IMG/VR virus record: IMGVR_UViG_3300025128_006599
Coordinates: 1 to 64,000 of that record
DNA length: 64,000 nucleotides
Direction: 5' to 3' (one strand)
From: a virus
Under the pieces are notes generated by a model. The model did no database searches. It saw only the letters and a list, made by a program, of their open reading frames with translations, and had not been told where the DNA came from. Below are positions 19,934 to 29,794 of this stretch, one piece after another. Numbering within the stretch: position 1 is the first letter of the stretch; each line of letters starts with the position of its first letter. The translations under genes were made by a program, and so were the position numbers.

Positions 19934-20739
19934 TTAAAGAACAATTTGAAGAACAAAAATATTTACAACTTAAAGATTTTCTTAATGAAGACGAAAAAAA
20001 TAAACTAACACAAGTAATTGAAGAATTAGAGAATCATAAATTTTGTAACAAAACAACTTCAGCAAACAATCACTATGTTGAAAATACAGGAAGAAGACAG
20101 GCCATATTATTTTCTGAAAATTTTAATACACAAGATGTTAATCTTGTAGAGGAGATTCGTGATTGGTTCAAAATTTCGGTTGATAAATTGTTTCCAATAG
20201 TTTTACCTAAAGTGGATTCAGTTTTCAGAGAGTTGGGATATGATAATTTAAGATTATTGAGAACAACTATACATTATATTCCACCTGAAGAACAGGCTCA
20301 AAATATTCATCATGATGGTGATGCATTAGAAAAAACATTTTTTGTAAGTATTCCATTACACGATACTAATCCTGAACAAGGCACTACTGAATTATATAAT
20401 GATAAATATGTTGGACATATAAGAGATAATTATGGAATTTATTCTTGGAGTAAATTAAAAATAATGTGGTCGGATGCTAAAACTAAAGAATTATTAAAAA
20501 AGGCAAAAAACAATAATGTTTACAATTATGGTGATGCCATTCTCTATAGGGATATAACATTTCACAGAGGGGGTACGAATAACAGTAATATAGTTAGAAA
20601 ATTTTTACATTTATTTCTAACTTATTCTGATACAAAGTGGGTTGATTATTATGATTTTACGAATACCGGTGGACTTAAAATGATACGGTCAGACAGTTAT
20701 TTTGGAGATAGGTCTAAGATATCAAGTGGATATAATTAA
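19930..20739 (+). CDS. PhyH-like 2OG-Fe(II) dioxygenase
   Basis: QNIHHDG (HxD), IPLHDTNPEQGTT, GDAILY...FHRGGTN...R. Confidence 0.8.
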   Translation: MIKEQFEEQKYLQLKDFLNEDEKNKLTQVIEELENHKFCNKTTSANNHYVENTGRRQAILFSENFNTQDVNLVEEIRDWFKISVDKLFPIVLPKVDSVFRELGYDNLRLLRTTIHYIPPEEQAQNIHHDGDALEKTFFVSIPLHDTNPEQGTTELYNDKYVGHIRDNYGIYSWSKLKIMWSDAKTKELLKKAKNNNVYNYGDAILYRDITFHRGGTNNSNIVRKFLHLFLTYSDTKWVDYYDFTNTGGLKMIRSDSYFGDRSKISSGYN

Positions 20740-21281
20740 TGTATATTGACCATGATAATAAACGAGTTTTCATTCACATACCTCGTACTGGTGGTACAAG
20801 TATAAAGTCTGTACTAAATCTACATGATAAAATTTATAAAAAAGACGTTTATCATATGTCTGCAAATGAAATACCTAAAGAGTGTAAAGATTATTTTAAA
20901 TTTGCATTTGTAAGAAATCCATTTGATAGGTTTGTTTCTTTGTATTTTTATAATAAATCTGATTATTATAAGGAGTTATTTCCAAAAAATGAAACAACTT
21001 TGGTTGCAAAGAAGTATAATTTTAAAGAATGGTTAGATAATTTCCCATACAGACATATTCAACAAGTTGATTTTGGTTTAGAAAAATTAGATTATATTGG
21101 AAGATATGAAAATTTAGATTATGAGTTGGATGTAGTTTTCAACACTAAAGTAAATAAAGAAAATACTACTAAACACAACCATTATAGTTTTTACTATGAT
21201 GATGAAAGTATTGAAAAAGTACGAGAATTATCATCAAAAGATATAGAAGTATATAATTATAGTTATAATGAAGATAAATGA
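20739..21281 (+). CDS. sulfotransferase family 2 protein
   Basis: FIHIPRTGGTS, FVRNPFDRFVSLY, YIGRYENL. Confidence 0.85.
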   Translation: MYIDHDNKRVFIHIPRTGGTSIKSVLNLHDKIYKKDVYHMSANEIPKECKDYFKFAFVRNPFDRFVSLYFYNKSDYYKELFPKNETTLVAKKYNFKEWLDNFPYRHIQQVDFGLEKLDYIGRYENLDYELDVVFNTKVNKENTTKHNHYSFYYDDESIEKVRELSSKDIEVYNYSYNEDK

Positions 21282-21290
21282 TGGTTATTG

Positions 21291-21298
21291 ATATTTAT
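21291..21298 (+). promoter_or_regulatory. putative late-promoter motif ATATTTAT
   Basis: In the intergenic gap about 39 nt upstream of 21337. Confidence 0.45.
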
Positions 21299-21336
21299 CA
21301 ATATATAATGTTTTCGAAAATTAAGGCGCAAAATTT

Positions 21337-23484
21337 ATGAATAAATACACTATGTTTGATTCGTTACTTAACGAAATAACCTCAAGTAATTCCAAATGGC
21401 CATCACAAAATGTCGGTGTTATGGTTAGTTTTGATTATGTACCGATGACTATGGGTTCTTATGGATATGCAGATCCTATTGCAGGAACTATATTTGAGAG
21501 TGGTAGTGGAGAATCTCAAACAGTAAAGACACCTGCAGTTAGAGGTTGGGATGAACACGAGTATAAGATTTACGAAATGAATACAAATCCATATCATTGG
21601 ATTAATTCATCTTCTCTTTATGGTCTTTATGATAGAATTACAACTTATGTTAGTGAGAGTAATTATGATAATGTTGTGTTATTAAAACACGTACAACCTA
21701 AAGGTCAAAATCCAAAAGAAGAAACCGTAACATTGTTTAGTCAAAGTCTTGCAACAAAAGATATTAGTTTAGAAGAGGTAGATTATTTATATTTTTCAGA
21801 TACTCATTTACAGGCAAGTAACTCATCAAGTTTTTATCTATTTCAAGAATCACCTTACCAAACTAATACTGGATTAAAACATATAGTTAGTGGTAGTTTT
21901 GAAAAAACAGAATTCCGTAGGATTTTAGGGAACTCTTCAGTTTCTTCATCATTAATACCACTTTGGGATTCAGATAATCCCACGACAAGTGTTTGGGGTC
22001 CTGATTATGTTATTAAAAATAATTCCGTTGATAATTCATTGGCAATTGGTGGTCAGATAATTAAAAGCTATAGACATACTGGTAGTAACGCAGTCGTAGA
22101 TACTTACGCTAGTTATACAGGAAGTCAGTATGTTGTAGAACAATTTATTCTACCTGAGTTCGTATCAGCAAGTTTAGCTTCTGCATCTTCTGATGCATTT
22201 GTGGATAAAATTGATTACCCATATGGAACAACAACATATTTAACAACACCACAAAAAAACATTTTACTACGAGATGATTGGGCTAGTGGACTTGGAAATA
22301 AAAGAACAAATAGAGTTAAAATGACTTCTGATGGTAGTACTTGGAAACAAATCTCAACACACCATTCAAAAGTAGTTCCTTCAGGTTCATTAGTTAAAAC
22401 ACCAACTGGAGCAACTGCGATATCTGAATTGAACATTGGTGATACTGTTTCCTCTTATTTACCAGTTTCAATGTCTACAGAGGATTATGGTTATTTGGAT
22501 TATAGTACAAATACCTTAGTTGGTTCTACTTCAGATACTTCGGAAGTTGTGAATATCACATATGGTAAAGAATTTACCTATACACATATCTACTATGAAG
22601 TAGGTGGAGAGGAAGTTCGAATTAGTGTATCTACTGAACATGCAAATCTTTTCATAAAAGATGTCGATACTAATATATGGGGATGGAAAACACCACCATT
22701 TTTAAAGGCTGGTGATAAGATGTTAAATACAAATGAACAAGAAATTGAAATCACCAGAATGATGGAGAACGTTACGGTAAATGAAGACTATTATGCGTTA
22801 GATGTTGAGGATACGGACACGTATTTTGTTGATGGTATATTGATTCACAATGGTAATAAAAAAGGTACACCATCGGATGGAGCATATCAATTAGATTATT
22901 ATGGAACTGGATGGTCTGGTACACTTCAACATAGAGTTTACGCTCGTGATGCAAGTTGGGGAGCAAGACAAGTATACTCTGATGCTGGTGGTAGTTGGTG
23001 GAACGTTCCGTCAAGTACTTGGAGGTCTTGGAAAACAACATATACTGCAACACAAGATGGAAGTGGTTTTGCATCTACAGTCGATGGTGGTAGTTATGAT
23101 AATATTGCGATGTATAATTATCACGGAAATGGATACTCATTTAGTTCGTTTACTTGGACAGGTGTGGTAAGTGCTCAGAACAATTGGGGCCCTTCAAGTT
23201 ACACTGCATTCTTTGCACATTATACAGGTCAAGGTACTTCAACTTTAGTGGTGGCACTAAGTGATTACAGAACAAAAACGAATGTGGATTGGATTGGAAA
23301 ATCCGAATCTGGTCTTAATATTTATGAGTTCTCATATAATTGGGATAAAGATACTCGTTATCAAGGAGTTGTTGCACAAGAACTTTTAAATACTAAATAT
23401 GAAGATAGTGTAGTTCAAATTAATAGTGGATATTTAGGTGTAGATTATAGTAAATTGGATGTAGATTTCAAACAGGTTAATTAA
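21337..23484 (+). CDS. multidomain protein: ATP-grasp-like N-terminus + Hint domain + ~136-aa beta-rich segment + peptidase S74 (intramolecular chaperone)
   Basis: SFD..YEMNT, PDYVIK, YVVEQFI (ATP-grasp-like, tentative); VVPSGSLV...LNIGD...STEH...YFVDGILIHN (Hint, 22372-22851); SDYRTK...YQGVVAQEL...VDYSKL (S74, from 23260). Confidence 0.75.
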   Translation: MNKYTMFDSLLNEITSSNSKWPSQNVGVMVSFDYVPMTMGSYGYADPIAGTIFESGSGESQTVKTPAVRGWDEHEYKIYEMNTNPYHWINSSSLYGLYDRITTYVSESNYDNVVLLKHVQPKGQNPKEETVTLFSQSLATKDISLEEVDYLYFSDTHLQASNSSSFYLFQESPYQTNTGLKHIVSGSFEKTEFRRILGNSSVSSSLIPLWDSDNPTTSVWGPDYVIKNNSVDNSLAIGGQIIKSYRHTGSNAVVDTYASYTGSQYVVEQFILPEFVSASLASASSDAFVDKIDYPYGTTTYLTTPQKNILLRDDWASGLGNKRTNRVKMTSDGSTWKQISTHHSKVVPSGSLVKTPTGATAISELNIGDTVSSYLPVSMSTEDYGYLDYSTNTLVGSTSDTSEVVNITYGKEFTYTHIYYEVGGEEVRISVSTEHANLFIKDVDTNIWGWKTPPFLKAGDKMLNTNEQEIEITRMMENVTVNEDYYALDVEDTDTYFVDGILIHNGNKKGTPSDGAYQLDYYGTGWSGTLQHRVYARDASWGARQVYSDAGGSWWNVPSSTWRSWKTTYTATQDGSGFASTVDGGSYDNIAMYNYHGNGYSFSSFTWTGVVSAQNNWGPSSYTAFFAHYTGQGTSTLVVALSDYRTKTNVDWIGKSESGLNIYEFSYNWDKDTRYQGVVAQELLNTKYEDSVVQINSGYLGVDYSKLDVDFKQVN

Positions 23485-23954
23485 TGGAAACAAAATGGTG
23501 TAAAATGCATTGTGATATGCAATTATACAAAAAACAATCAGTTATAACCAACAATGTATATTGTGTAAGTGATATTAATAACCTTCCAAAAGAACAAATA
23601 CAAATTGCATTAGATAATTTTGAAAAAAAATACAATTGGACACAATGGACGATTGAAGATGCAAAAAAGAGATTTAGAGAGAAATGGAATTTATATTTAA
23701 TTGAAACTAACGATTCATCTATTATTGGATGGGTTTGGGTTTCTTTTGAGGGAGAAGTTTTAAATGCATATTCCAATCATGATTTCAAAGAGTATTTTAG
23801 CGACAAAGAAGATATTACAGATATTATGGGTGCTTTTATGATGAATTACTCGAAGGACTTAGGTTATAAAAAATTATTTGCAAAAATAGAAGAGTGGAAT
23901 AGACCAAGTTTAGAATGGGCAATTAGACATACTTGGGTTTATGATGAGGAATAA
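23484..23954 (+). CDS. GNAT-like acetyltransferase
   Basis: IIGWVW strand, GYKKLFAKIEEWNRPS C-terminal GNAT motif. Confidence 0.5.
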   Translation: METKWCKMHCDMQLYKKQSVITNNVYCVSDINNLPKEQIQIALDNFEKKYNWTQWTIEDAKKRFREKWNLYLIETNDSSIIGWVWVSFEGEVLNAYSNHDFKEYFSDKEDITDIMGAFMMNYSKDLGYKKLFAKIEEWNRPSLEWAIRHTWVYDEE

Positions 23955-23982
23955 ATAAAGTTTAATTTGGAAATCTTAACGT

Positions 23983-23991
23983 CTATTTATA
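23983..23991 (+). promoter_or_regulatory. putative late-promoter motif CTATTTATA
   Basis: About 33 nt upstream of ATG 24024. Confidence 0.4.
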
Positions 23992-24023
23992 TTAGACAAG
24001 TTATATAAAATATAAGGGTTATT

Positions 24024-24203
24024 ATGAATGATAATACAGAACAATTAATAATGTTAGAAGAACGAAAAGTAAAAGCATTAGAAAAAATTGCTAATGTTTT
24101 GGATGCATTAACACTTTGGTTTGAAGATGTTGATAAAGATGAGTGGAGTGATAGATTACAATTTTATTTATCTGCTTTTTATGAAAAAGAGTCTGGGAAA
24201 TAA
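24024..24203 (+). CDS. small hypothetical protein (59 aa, not in ORF track)
   Basis: MNDNTEQLIMLEERKVKALEKIANVLDALTLWFEDVDKDEWSDRLQFYLSAFYEKESGK; its TAA overlaps the next ATG. Confidence 0.7.
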   Translation: MNDNTEQLIMLEERKVKALEKIANVLDALTLWFEDVDKDEWSDRLQFYLSAFYEKESGK

Positions 24204-25690
24204 TGAAGTTAGGACTTATCGTTCCTTATAGAAATCGTCCTACTCACTTACAAAAATTTCGTGATTCAATTCACAAGTATTTTAAAAATCAAGACTATGA
24301 ATTGATAGTAGTGGAACAGGCAGATGATTTACCATTCAACCGTGGTAAGTTATTAAATATAGGTTTTAAAACCGCACTGAGAAAACAATGTGATTATGTT
24401 GTGTTTCATGATATTGATATGCTGCCAATTGATGTGGATTATTCTTATTCGGAAGTTCCAATACATCTATCTACTAATTTTATAAATTCTAAAGAAGAGA
24501 TATTCAAAACTTATTTTGGTGGAGTAACTATGTTTCCCATTTCTTTGTTTGAAAGAGTAAATGGATATTCAAATGATTATTGGGGTTGGGGATTTGAAGA
24601 TGATGATTTGTTAATGCGATTAACTGAGGCAAATGTCTTTACTGATTTTGAATATTATGAAGTACCAAAACATTTGACATCTGGCATTTATCTACACGGA
24701 GATAGAAGTTATGTTGAATGTCCAAATATTATAAATGTAAGAAAAGATTTTACCATACAAATCACATTTAAACCAGATGAGATAATTTGTGATTATGAAA
24801 AACCTTATGACGATTATTCTGTATTTTCTATACCAGGATACAATACTTCAATAAGTTTTAATTCTTTTAATCGTTACAAATTTGAATGTTGGAATGAAAA
24901 GGGTAATTTATATCATATTGATTCTCAGTACGATTACTCACGATTAACACAAATCACAATAACTTATGAAAAAGAGGCTGGTCTTATCATAATGTACCAA
25001 GATGGAAAAGAAATCGGTAGTAAAGTTGTAAAAGAATTGTTAGATACGAGTCCACCTAATTTTTTCATCGGTACGGGAATAGATGAAATGGAAGGTGTTG
25101 ATATCCGTAGTTTTCGTGGATTTGTAAAAGATTTTTGTTATTGGGATACTTCTCTTGCTGCAAACGAAATTGAGGAATTTTCTAAAAATCCAGGTATGGG
25201 ATATATGTGTGATAGTGGACAATATAGTTCTTCACGTAAACTAAAAATATATTTTGATTTTAAACATTTAAAGTTGAATAATCAATTTCAATATGAAAAA
25301 GGTAAAGTGATGAATTTAGTAAATCCAAGATATCAGGCAGTAACATATAATTGTATTCCTAAATCTCAACTTGAACTTGATAGGAAAAAAATTGCAATAC
25401 CTGCAAGAAGAAAATCCACTTTTAAGTTGTTAAAACATAAACCACAAGGATATACAGATGGTAGTTGGAAATCAAGAGTTACAAGATTAAATCAAATTCG
25501 ATTTTATGATGTAGTGTTGAATAATAAAACAAATTATAAAAAAGAAGGATTGAGTAGTATACGATTTAAAAAAATATCTGAAACTTCAGTTGATAATTAC
25601 ACAATGTTGTCAGTAGACTTGACAGGTGGCCCACGTGATGTTGGGATAATAAAAAACTATATGGATGAGATAAGTAAGGAAGACAAATGA
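24203..25690 (+). CDS. GT7 (beta-1,4-galactosyltransferase-like) glycosyltransferase with internal LamG/ConA domain
   Basis: IVPYRNR, PFNRGKLLN, FHDIDM, YFGGV, NGYSNDYWGWGFEDDDL, then LamG-like strands, then FKLLKH. Confidence 0.85.
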   Translation: MKLGLIVPYRNRPTHLQKFRDSIHKYFKNQDYELIVVEQADDLPFNRGKLLNIGFKTALRKQCDYVVFHDIDMLPIDVDYSYSEVPIHLSTNFINSKEEIFKTYFGGVTMFPISLFERVNGYSNDYWGWGFEDDDLLMRLTEANVFTDFEYYEVPKHLTSGIYLHGDRSYVECPNIINVRKDFTIQITFKPDEIICDYEKPYDDYSVFSIPGYNTSISFNSFNRYKFECWNEKGNLYHIDSQYDYSRLTQITITYEKEAGLIIMYQDGKEIGSKVVKELLDTSPPNFFIGTGIDEMEGVDIRSFRGFVKDFCYWDTSLAANEIEEFSKNPGMGYMCDSGQYSSSRKLKIYFDFKHLKLNNQFQYEKGKVMNLVNPRYQAVTYNCIPKSQLELDRKKIAIPARRKSTFKLLKHKPQGYTDGSWKSRVTRLNQIRFYDVVLNNKTNYKKEGLSSIRFKKISETSVDNYTMLSVDLTGGPRDVGIIKNYMDEISKEDK

Positions 25691-27105
25691 AGTTAGGAGT
25701 TTGTATACCATACAGAGATAATGGTGATGGTGTTAGAAAGAAACATTTGGATACATTGGTTCCACATTTAGAAAAGTTTTTTGGTGAACGAGATATAGAA
25801 TTTAGATGTTATGTTGGACACCAAGTAGATGATAAAAAGTTTAATCGTAGTGGAACTAAAAATGTAGCCTTTCTTGCTGCCAAAGAAGATGGTTGTGATT
25901 ATGTGGCGTTTCATGATGTGGATATGTTACCACAAGATGATTGTGATTACTCACATCCAGGTGATACACCAAAACATATAGCAACTTATCTTTCACAATG
26001 GAATTACACTTTACGAGATATCCATTACTTTGGTGGTGTGGTGATATTCACGATAGAACAATTTGAAGAAGTGAATGGATACCATACCAACTATTGGGGT
26101 TGGGGTATGGAAGATGACGACTTATTTTGGAGATGTATTCAGAAAGGATATTTTAAACCAAGTTATATTGAAGGCCCTGGTATATCAAAGGTATTAGAAT
26201 TTGATGGAAAGTCCACTTATATAAAAATACCACCAAGTAATACACTACTTCACATTCCGAATAAATCTTTTGAAATAGAGATGATTGTTTATGGTGAGAT
26301 AGGAGACGAAAGTAAAGAGTATATGATTGGTCAAGAAATTCCATACATAAAATATCCGATTGTCTCTAAAAAGGGTTGGGACTTTGACATATGTTATAAT
26401 AATTCTAAGGCATATTCCTATACACTTTGGAATTTTAGAAATGAATTACATTATGGTTGGATGATGAGATATCCTAATCAATGGAGTAAAGTAAATGTAA
26501 AGGTTGATACTGACAAGAAACTCAGAACCATTACTGTAAATGATGTGGTTTATGATGAAAAGTTTGGTGAACAAGAATCAAATCTATCAATTGACCAGAC
26601 ACTTAAACGTTACGGAAATATACCATTTTGGATTGGTCGGAATTCACCAGGTTCACATCAAACCAATATCTTCAAAGGAAAACTTCAATCTTTGAAAATG
26701 TATAATTTTAAAGGTGAAAATGTACTACATTATGATATGAATAAATCATATAGAATGGAAAAGATATTAGATTTAAGTGGTAATGAAAATCATGGTGAAT
26801 TAGTAATTGGTAAGGGAAGAGTCACTAAAGATGATGTTTCTAAAATTCCACATACGATTGTACCTGATAGAAGATATGGAACTATGGAGTGTATGTATCA
26901 CGATGATGAGGGAATAGTCGATAAAAAGTTTGCTGGTGATCCTGAGGCTACTGCAAAAAATGAAGTAATATATAAAAAGAAAATGCAAAAAAATCAAATA
27001 GATATAGATGGTGATGAATATGGGTTGAGAGAAATGAAATATCAAATAGATAGCACTGATACTATTTATAACGGACACAAAATAATAAATGTGAGGTTTT
27101 TGTGA
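25687..27105 (+). CDS. second GT7 glycosyltransferase with internal LamG/ConA domain
   Basis: IPYRD, FNRSGTKN, FHDVDM, YFGGV, YWGWGMEDDDL; LEFDG...IGR...FKGKL...DLSGNENHG; CMYH. Confidence 0.85.
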   Translation: MKLGVCIPYRDNGDGVRKKHLDTLVPHLEKFFGERDIEFRCYVGHQVDDKKFNRSGTKNVAFLAAKEDGCDYVAFHDVDMLPQDDCDYSHPGDTPKHIATYLSQWNYTLRDIHYFGGVVIFTIEQFEEVNGYHTNYWGWGMEDDDLFWRCIQKGYFKPSYIEGPGISKVLEFDGKSTYIKIPPSNTLLHIPNKSFEIEMIVYGEIGDESKEYMIGQEIPYIKYPIVSKKGWDFDICYNNSKAYSYTLWNFRNELHYGWMMRYPNQWSKVNVKVDTDKKLRTITVNDVVYDEKFGEQESNLSIDQTLKRYGNIPFWIGRNSPGSHQTNIFKGKLQSLKMYNFKGENVLHYDMNKSYRMEKILDLSGNENHGELVIGKGRVTKDDVSKIPHTIVPDRRYGTMECMYHDDEGIVDKKFAGDPEATAKNEVIYKKKMQKNQIDIDGDEYGLREMKYQIDSTDTIYNGHKIINVRFL

Positions 27106-28382
27106 AAATAAAACACGTTAATTTAGTTGAGAACATATTTGAGCAAAATGATATAGAATTACTACAAAATATTCATATACCGACAAAAAATAATTCACTT
27201 TTTTTAAGTGATCATTTTGTACATCAGAATCCACAATTTACAAAACTTGTTAGATATTTAAATGATATTGAGTTATGGTCAAAAAGAATACCTGAGGTTA
27301 TAAACTTAGAATCTTTTCACTCTTTAAGAATGGAATTAATTGAAGATTTTGAAAAATACAAAACTACAAATAAGAAGAAGGATATTCAACATAAATTTCT
27401 TATTGATATTGATAATAATGTTGGATATTATAAAAACTTCAAGGTGGAAATCTCATCAAGAGTGTTATTGGTTGAGGGTATAACACAAAAACATATCAAT
27501 AAATGGAGGTTGAAATCCTCTTTTTGGTATGAAATTTATGCGAACTACAGAAATCGACCTGAATTATTTGAACCCGAAAAATGGAATAAATTAGATTGGA
27601 TGGAGAGAGATGAAGCGTATGATAACTATATTGATTGGTGTGGGGGTTTATATGAGATAAGACATAGAAAAGGTAATTATATAATTCAATTTGATAATGT
27701 TGATATTCTTAATGTAAGTGATGAAGATAATCTGTATAAAAAAATAAAGGCATATATATTGATAAGTAGGAGATGGACTTCCAGAGGAAATCCGAAAATG
27801 GGAACCGTATTTGGTTTTAGTATATATGATTCCACTTGGACTGAAAAACGACTTAGAAAAGAAATGAATGATTTTAAGGAGTTAATTTTAGATAATATTG
27901 AGGAGTTAATTTCAAATTTAAGTGGTAGATGGTTGTTTGCAGGTATTTTATTATGTTTTATCGATAATGGTACTGATGAAGAAAAATTTATTGCTTTAAG
28001 TTTACTTATACTAATGTTAATCAATAGAGTAAACTTTAAGGCTAGTAGTAGTCTTGCTCCAAGAGGTATAAGGGATATATGGTCTCAACAAAATTATATG
28101 ATGGAAGAAGAAAAAGAATTTTTAATTAATAAAGTTTTACCATTAACAAAGAAAAAAGATTTTGAATCTTTTGTAAAAGAATTTATAGATGTTATTGTAG
28201 TAGGTGGTGTTCAAGATGAGAATGAAGTTATTATAACACCTCACACAAAGCCAATACCAATCGGGCAAGAAGATTTAGAACGACATCAATTATTTCCAAC
28301 TTTAGCTCTTCTATGGAATAAAGAAGAAACTTCTAAATTTAAAAACTTATTTTTAAAAACACTAAATGAGAAACTTTCATGA
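27102..28382 (+). CDS. hypothetical protein
   Basis: 426-aa ORF overlapping both neighbours; no motif recognised. Confidence 0.6.
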   Translation: MKIKHVNLVENIFEQNDIELLQNIHIPTKNNSLFLSDHFVHQNPQFTKLVRYLNDIELWSKRIPEVINLESFHSLRMELIEDFEKYKTTNKKKDIQHKFLIDIDNNVGYYKNFKVEISSRVLLVEGITQKHINKWRLKSSFWYEIYANYRNRPELFEPEKWNKLDWMERDEAYDNYIDWCGGLYEIRHRKGNYIIQFDNVDILNVSDEDNLYKKIKAYILISRRWTSRGNPKMGTVFGFSIYDSTWTEKRLRKEMNDFKELILDNIEELISNLSGRWLFAGILLCFIDNGTDEEKFIALSLLILMLINRVNFKASSSLAPRGIRDIWSQQNYMMEEEKEFLINKVLPLTKKKDFESFVKEFIDVIVVGGVQDENEVIITPHTKPIPIGQEDLERHQLFPTLALLWNKEETSKFKNLFLKTLNEKLS

Positions 28383-29794
28383 CAGATGTAACCAAAGATA
28401 ATCCTTTTTATATAAAGAATAAAGAAAAACTCGATGAAGTAGGTTCAGGTATGTGTTTGGCAAAATGGACACAAGTAACACTTCAATTGCAATCTGGACA
28501 TAATCATAGTTGTCACCATCCAAGAACACATAAAATCAATTTAAAAGAAATTGAAAGAAATCCAAGTGCTCTACACAATACACGATACAAAAAAACACGA
28601 AGACATGAAATGTTAACGGGTAAACGACCAGTCGAGTGTGATTATTGTTGGAATGTAGAAGATAATTCAGATAGATTTTCAGATAGAGTTTTTAAGTCTT
28701 CTGAGAGTTGGTCATTACCACATTTTGATGAAATAACTCAATCAAATTGGAGAGAGGATTTCAATCCAAGATATGTGGAGGTGGCATTCTCAAATGCCTG
28801 TAACTTTAAATGTAGTTATTGTGGGCCTGCATATTCTTCTACTTGGATGGAAGAAATTAATAAACATGGTGGCTATCCCACTACAGATAAATTCAATGAT
28901 AATGATTGGTTAAAACGAGAGGATAAAATGCCCATACCACATAGAGATTATAATCCATATGTTGAGGCATTTTGGAAGTGGTGGCCAAAACTATATCGAG
29001 ATTTACATACTTTTAGAATCACAGGTGGTGAACCATTACTATCAAAGGATACTTGGGGTGTGATGGACTATATTATTGATGAACCTAATCCAAATAAAGA
29101 TTTACAATTGGCAATTAATAGTAATTTGGGAGTACCTGATGGGTTAATTAATAGATTTATAGAAAAGATACAAAAAATTGAGGACAAAGAAAAGGTAAAA
29201 GAATTTATTGTTTTTACTTCAGCTGATACTTGGGGAGAACAATCAGAATATATAAGAAATGGATTGGAATTTAATCGTTTTTGGGACAATATGAACAAAA
29301 TATTAGAAAAGTGTCCACGAGTAAATCTAACCATTATGTCAACATATAATGCACTTTCCGTTCCTAATTATCATAAGTTAATAAATGGTGTTTATGATTT
29401 AAAACAAAAATATGGTTCTCAAGATAGATATTGGAAGTCTGCAGTATTTTTGGATTCAAGTTATTTACGACATCCAGAACATCAAACCGTACAAGTTTTG
29501 CCAGATAAATGGACAACCAATATTTTTAAACAAGCACAATTAACAGATTATCTTGCAGTTCCTTCGTTTGAACATAAGTATGTTGGATATTCAGATATTG
29601 AGGTACAAAAAATTAAAAGAATATGGGATTGGAGAGTTGCAACTTGGCCAGAAAAGGATAGTCAAGTAATGAATCATAGATATAACTTTGGTAAATATTT
29701 CCAAGAACATGATAAAAGAAGAGGTACAGATTTTTGTAAAACATTTCCTGAATTAGAGGAATTTTATCAAGATTGTTTGGAGATTAAACTATGA
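28379..29794 (+). CDS. radical SAM protein with N-terminal twitch/SPASM-like Cys cluster
   Basis: CLAKW...SCHH...ECDYCW N-terminal cluster; CNFKCSYC; ITGGEP. Confidence 0.9.
   Translation: MTDVTKDNPFYIKNKEKLDEVGSGMCLAKWTQVTLQLQSGHNHSCHHPRTHKINLKEIERNPSALHNTRYKKTRRHEMLTGKRPVECDYCWNVEDNSDRFSDRVFKSSESWSLPHFDEITQSNWREDFNPRYVEVAFSNACNFKCSYCGPAYSSTWMEEINKHGGYPTTDKFNDNDWLKREDKMPIPHRDYNPYVEAFWKWWPKLYRDLHTFRITGGEPLLSKDTWGVMDYIIDEPNPNKDLQLAINSNLGVPDGLINRFIEKIQKIEDKEKVKEFIVFTSADTWGEQSEYIRNGLEFNRFWDNMNKILEKCPRVNLTIMSTYNALSVPNYHKLINGVYDLKQKYGSQDRYWKSAVFLDSSYLRHPEHQTVQVLPDKWTTNIFKQAQLTDYLAVPSFEHKYVGYSDIEVQKIKRIWDWRVATWPEKDSQVMNHRYNFGKYFQEHDKRRGTDFCKTFPELEEFYQDCLEIKL

Noticed and set aside
16115-22851. Hint domains as classical mobile inteins
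   Set aside because: No homing endonuclease, +1 residues are Lys and Gly, one lacks the position-1 nucleophile, and the hosts are not conserved enzymes; terminase and primase are intein-free
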